Below are positions 4,396-5,227 of a stretch of DNA of 5,227 bases, in pieces. Made by a program: the position numbers and the translations under genes. The notes under the pieces are model-generated. The model had not been told where the DNA came from. It saw only the letters and a program-made list of their open reading frames with translations, and searched no databases. This DNA comes from a virus, in IMG/VR virus record IMGVR_UViG_3300045988_001347, positions 1 to 5,227 of that record, one strand, 5' to 3'. The number at the start of each line of letters is the position of its first letter. Position 1 is the stretch's first letter.

Positions 4396-5227
4396 TTAAC
4401 GTTTTTTGCTGGCAGCCTTACCAGACCAAGTATCACCAACAGCACCGCCAATCATCTTAGCATAATCAAAAATATTATCGCCCCAAGGGAGGCCAAGCTG
4501 ATCAAGAGCTTCACGACCAGACGCAAGTTCAGGGCCAAAAGCCTGCCAAGCATTAGATGGAAAACTTTCCCTTATATCAAAATCGTGTTTAAAACCAGCT
4601 TCTTGCAAATCTTTATTCACAGAAGCATTAAAAGCAGCAATCTCCTTCTGCGTCATAGACTGCACATCATAACCATACTTTTGCGCGGCGGCATGGATAG
4701 AAGCGGCAACCTTAGAAGCGGCGGCAGACTGGTCTGCGGCATACTTTGTGCCAGCTAAATGAGCATCGGCAGTATACTTCTGAGCAGCAGCAGAAATAGT
4801 AGCTGTATTAAGCTGAGTTTGTGCCTGAAGTTCGGAAGTATATTTGGACATAGCCGTATATTTATCCGCGATAGCCTGATTAGACTGCGCAGAAACACGG
4901 GTGCCCTCAAGGCTTAAAAAAGAACTAAGCAAACTCCCAAACAAGCCAGCAATAGCACCAGTGGCACTATTATCAACGCTGCCCATAGCACCGGACGGAG
5001 CACCGGAGCTAGCCGTTGCGCCAGAAGTAACAGCGGCACCGCTACCACCAGTGACAGAAAGAACGGGATTAAGGCCAGCAGCAATTAAGTCACGCACCTC
5101 TCGTTGATGGGCAGTAGAGCTCATGCGCTCCTGCCAATCTCTATTTTTTTGGGCCTCTTGACTGTTGTACCGACGCATGGTTTCGTACTGCGCTTCCTGC
5201 CACTTCCGGAGTTGTTCTGCCTGTTGA
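4396..5227 (-). CDS. 3' (main) portion of VP2, minor capsid/DNA pilot protein. The full gene is 984 nt and 327 aa on the 5142-nt circle. The ORF-track version (4396..5178, 260 aa) starts at an internal Met.
   Basis: Motif STAHQREVRDLIAAGLNPVL is followed by a Gly/Ala/Ser-rich linker and A/Q/K-rich repeats (AAAQKYTAD...AAAQKYGYD), typical of gokushovirus VP2/pilot proteins. The frame stays open upstream of the ATG at 5178 to the window end. That sequence is the duplicated 1-85 region. The stop is TAA at 4398-4396. Confidence 0.85.
   Translation of the reverse strand, partial: QQAEQLRKWQEAQYETMRRYNSQEAQKNRDWQERMSSTAHQREVRDLIAAGLNPVLSVTGGSGAAVTSGATASSGAPSGAMGSVDNSATGAIAGLFGSLLSSFLSLEGTRVSAQSNQAIADKYTAMSKYTSELQAQTQLNTATISAAAQKYTADAHLAGTKYAADQSAAASKVAASIHAAAQKYGYDVQSMTQKEIAAFNASVNKDLQEAGFKHDFDIRESFPSNAWQAFGPELASGREALDQLGLPWGDNIFDYAKMIGGAVGDTWSGKAASKKR
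5143..5227. repeat. Terminal direct repeat, right copy; identical to 1-85.
   Basis: Exact 85/85 identity with the window start. Confidence 0.95.

Noticed and set aside
4680-4800. Short intragenic nucleotide repeats (agaagcggc..., gcagcagc) in VP2; considered as a possible tandem repeat or CRISPR-like array
   Set aside because: They simply encode the Ala/Gln/Lys-rich repeats (AAAQKY...) of the VP2 coiled-coil region. There is no regular spacer-repeat periodicity.

Overview
This window holds a complete, circularly permuted genome of a small ssDNA phage of the family Microviridae. It is gokushovirus-like, not phiX-like. The first 85 nt (1-85) are identical to the last 85 nt (5143-5227), so the true circle is 5142 nt and the window is a linearised assembly with terminal redundancy. 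All genes lie on the minus strand of the window, as expected for a microvirus where every gene is co-oriented. Reading in the coding direction, the gene order is: major capsid VP1 (1910/1982->249); pilot/minor capsid VP2 (237->1, wrapping to 5227->4396, so it is split by the linearisation point); rolling-circle replication initiator VP4 (4379->3213); a 37-aa highly basic J/VP8-like DNA-binding peptide (3210->3097, absent from the ORF track); an 89-aa unknown Cys/His-containing ORF (3100->2831); a VP5-like small conserved protein (2834->2565); the internal scaffolding protein VP3 (2565->2053); then a ~140-nt intergenic region (2052-1911) with two perfect GC-rich hairpins immediately upstream of VP1. 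Several genes appear to use TTG/GTG start codons with strong Shine-Dalgarno sequences, and consecutive genes are linked by ATGA/TGATG stop-start overlaps. Plus-strand ORFs in the track are antisense shadows of these genes. The notable items are the wrap-around VP2 (truncated to 260 aa by the ORF caller), the unannotated J-like peptide, the translationally coupled unknown ORF89, a phiX-ori-like CTTGATAT motif inside the rep gene, the tandem intergenic hairpins, a Pro/Ala/Ser-rich tail on VP3, and a hydrophobic ORF with its own SD overprinted on the 3' end of VP1 (a speculative lysis-gene candidate).
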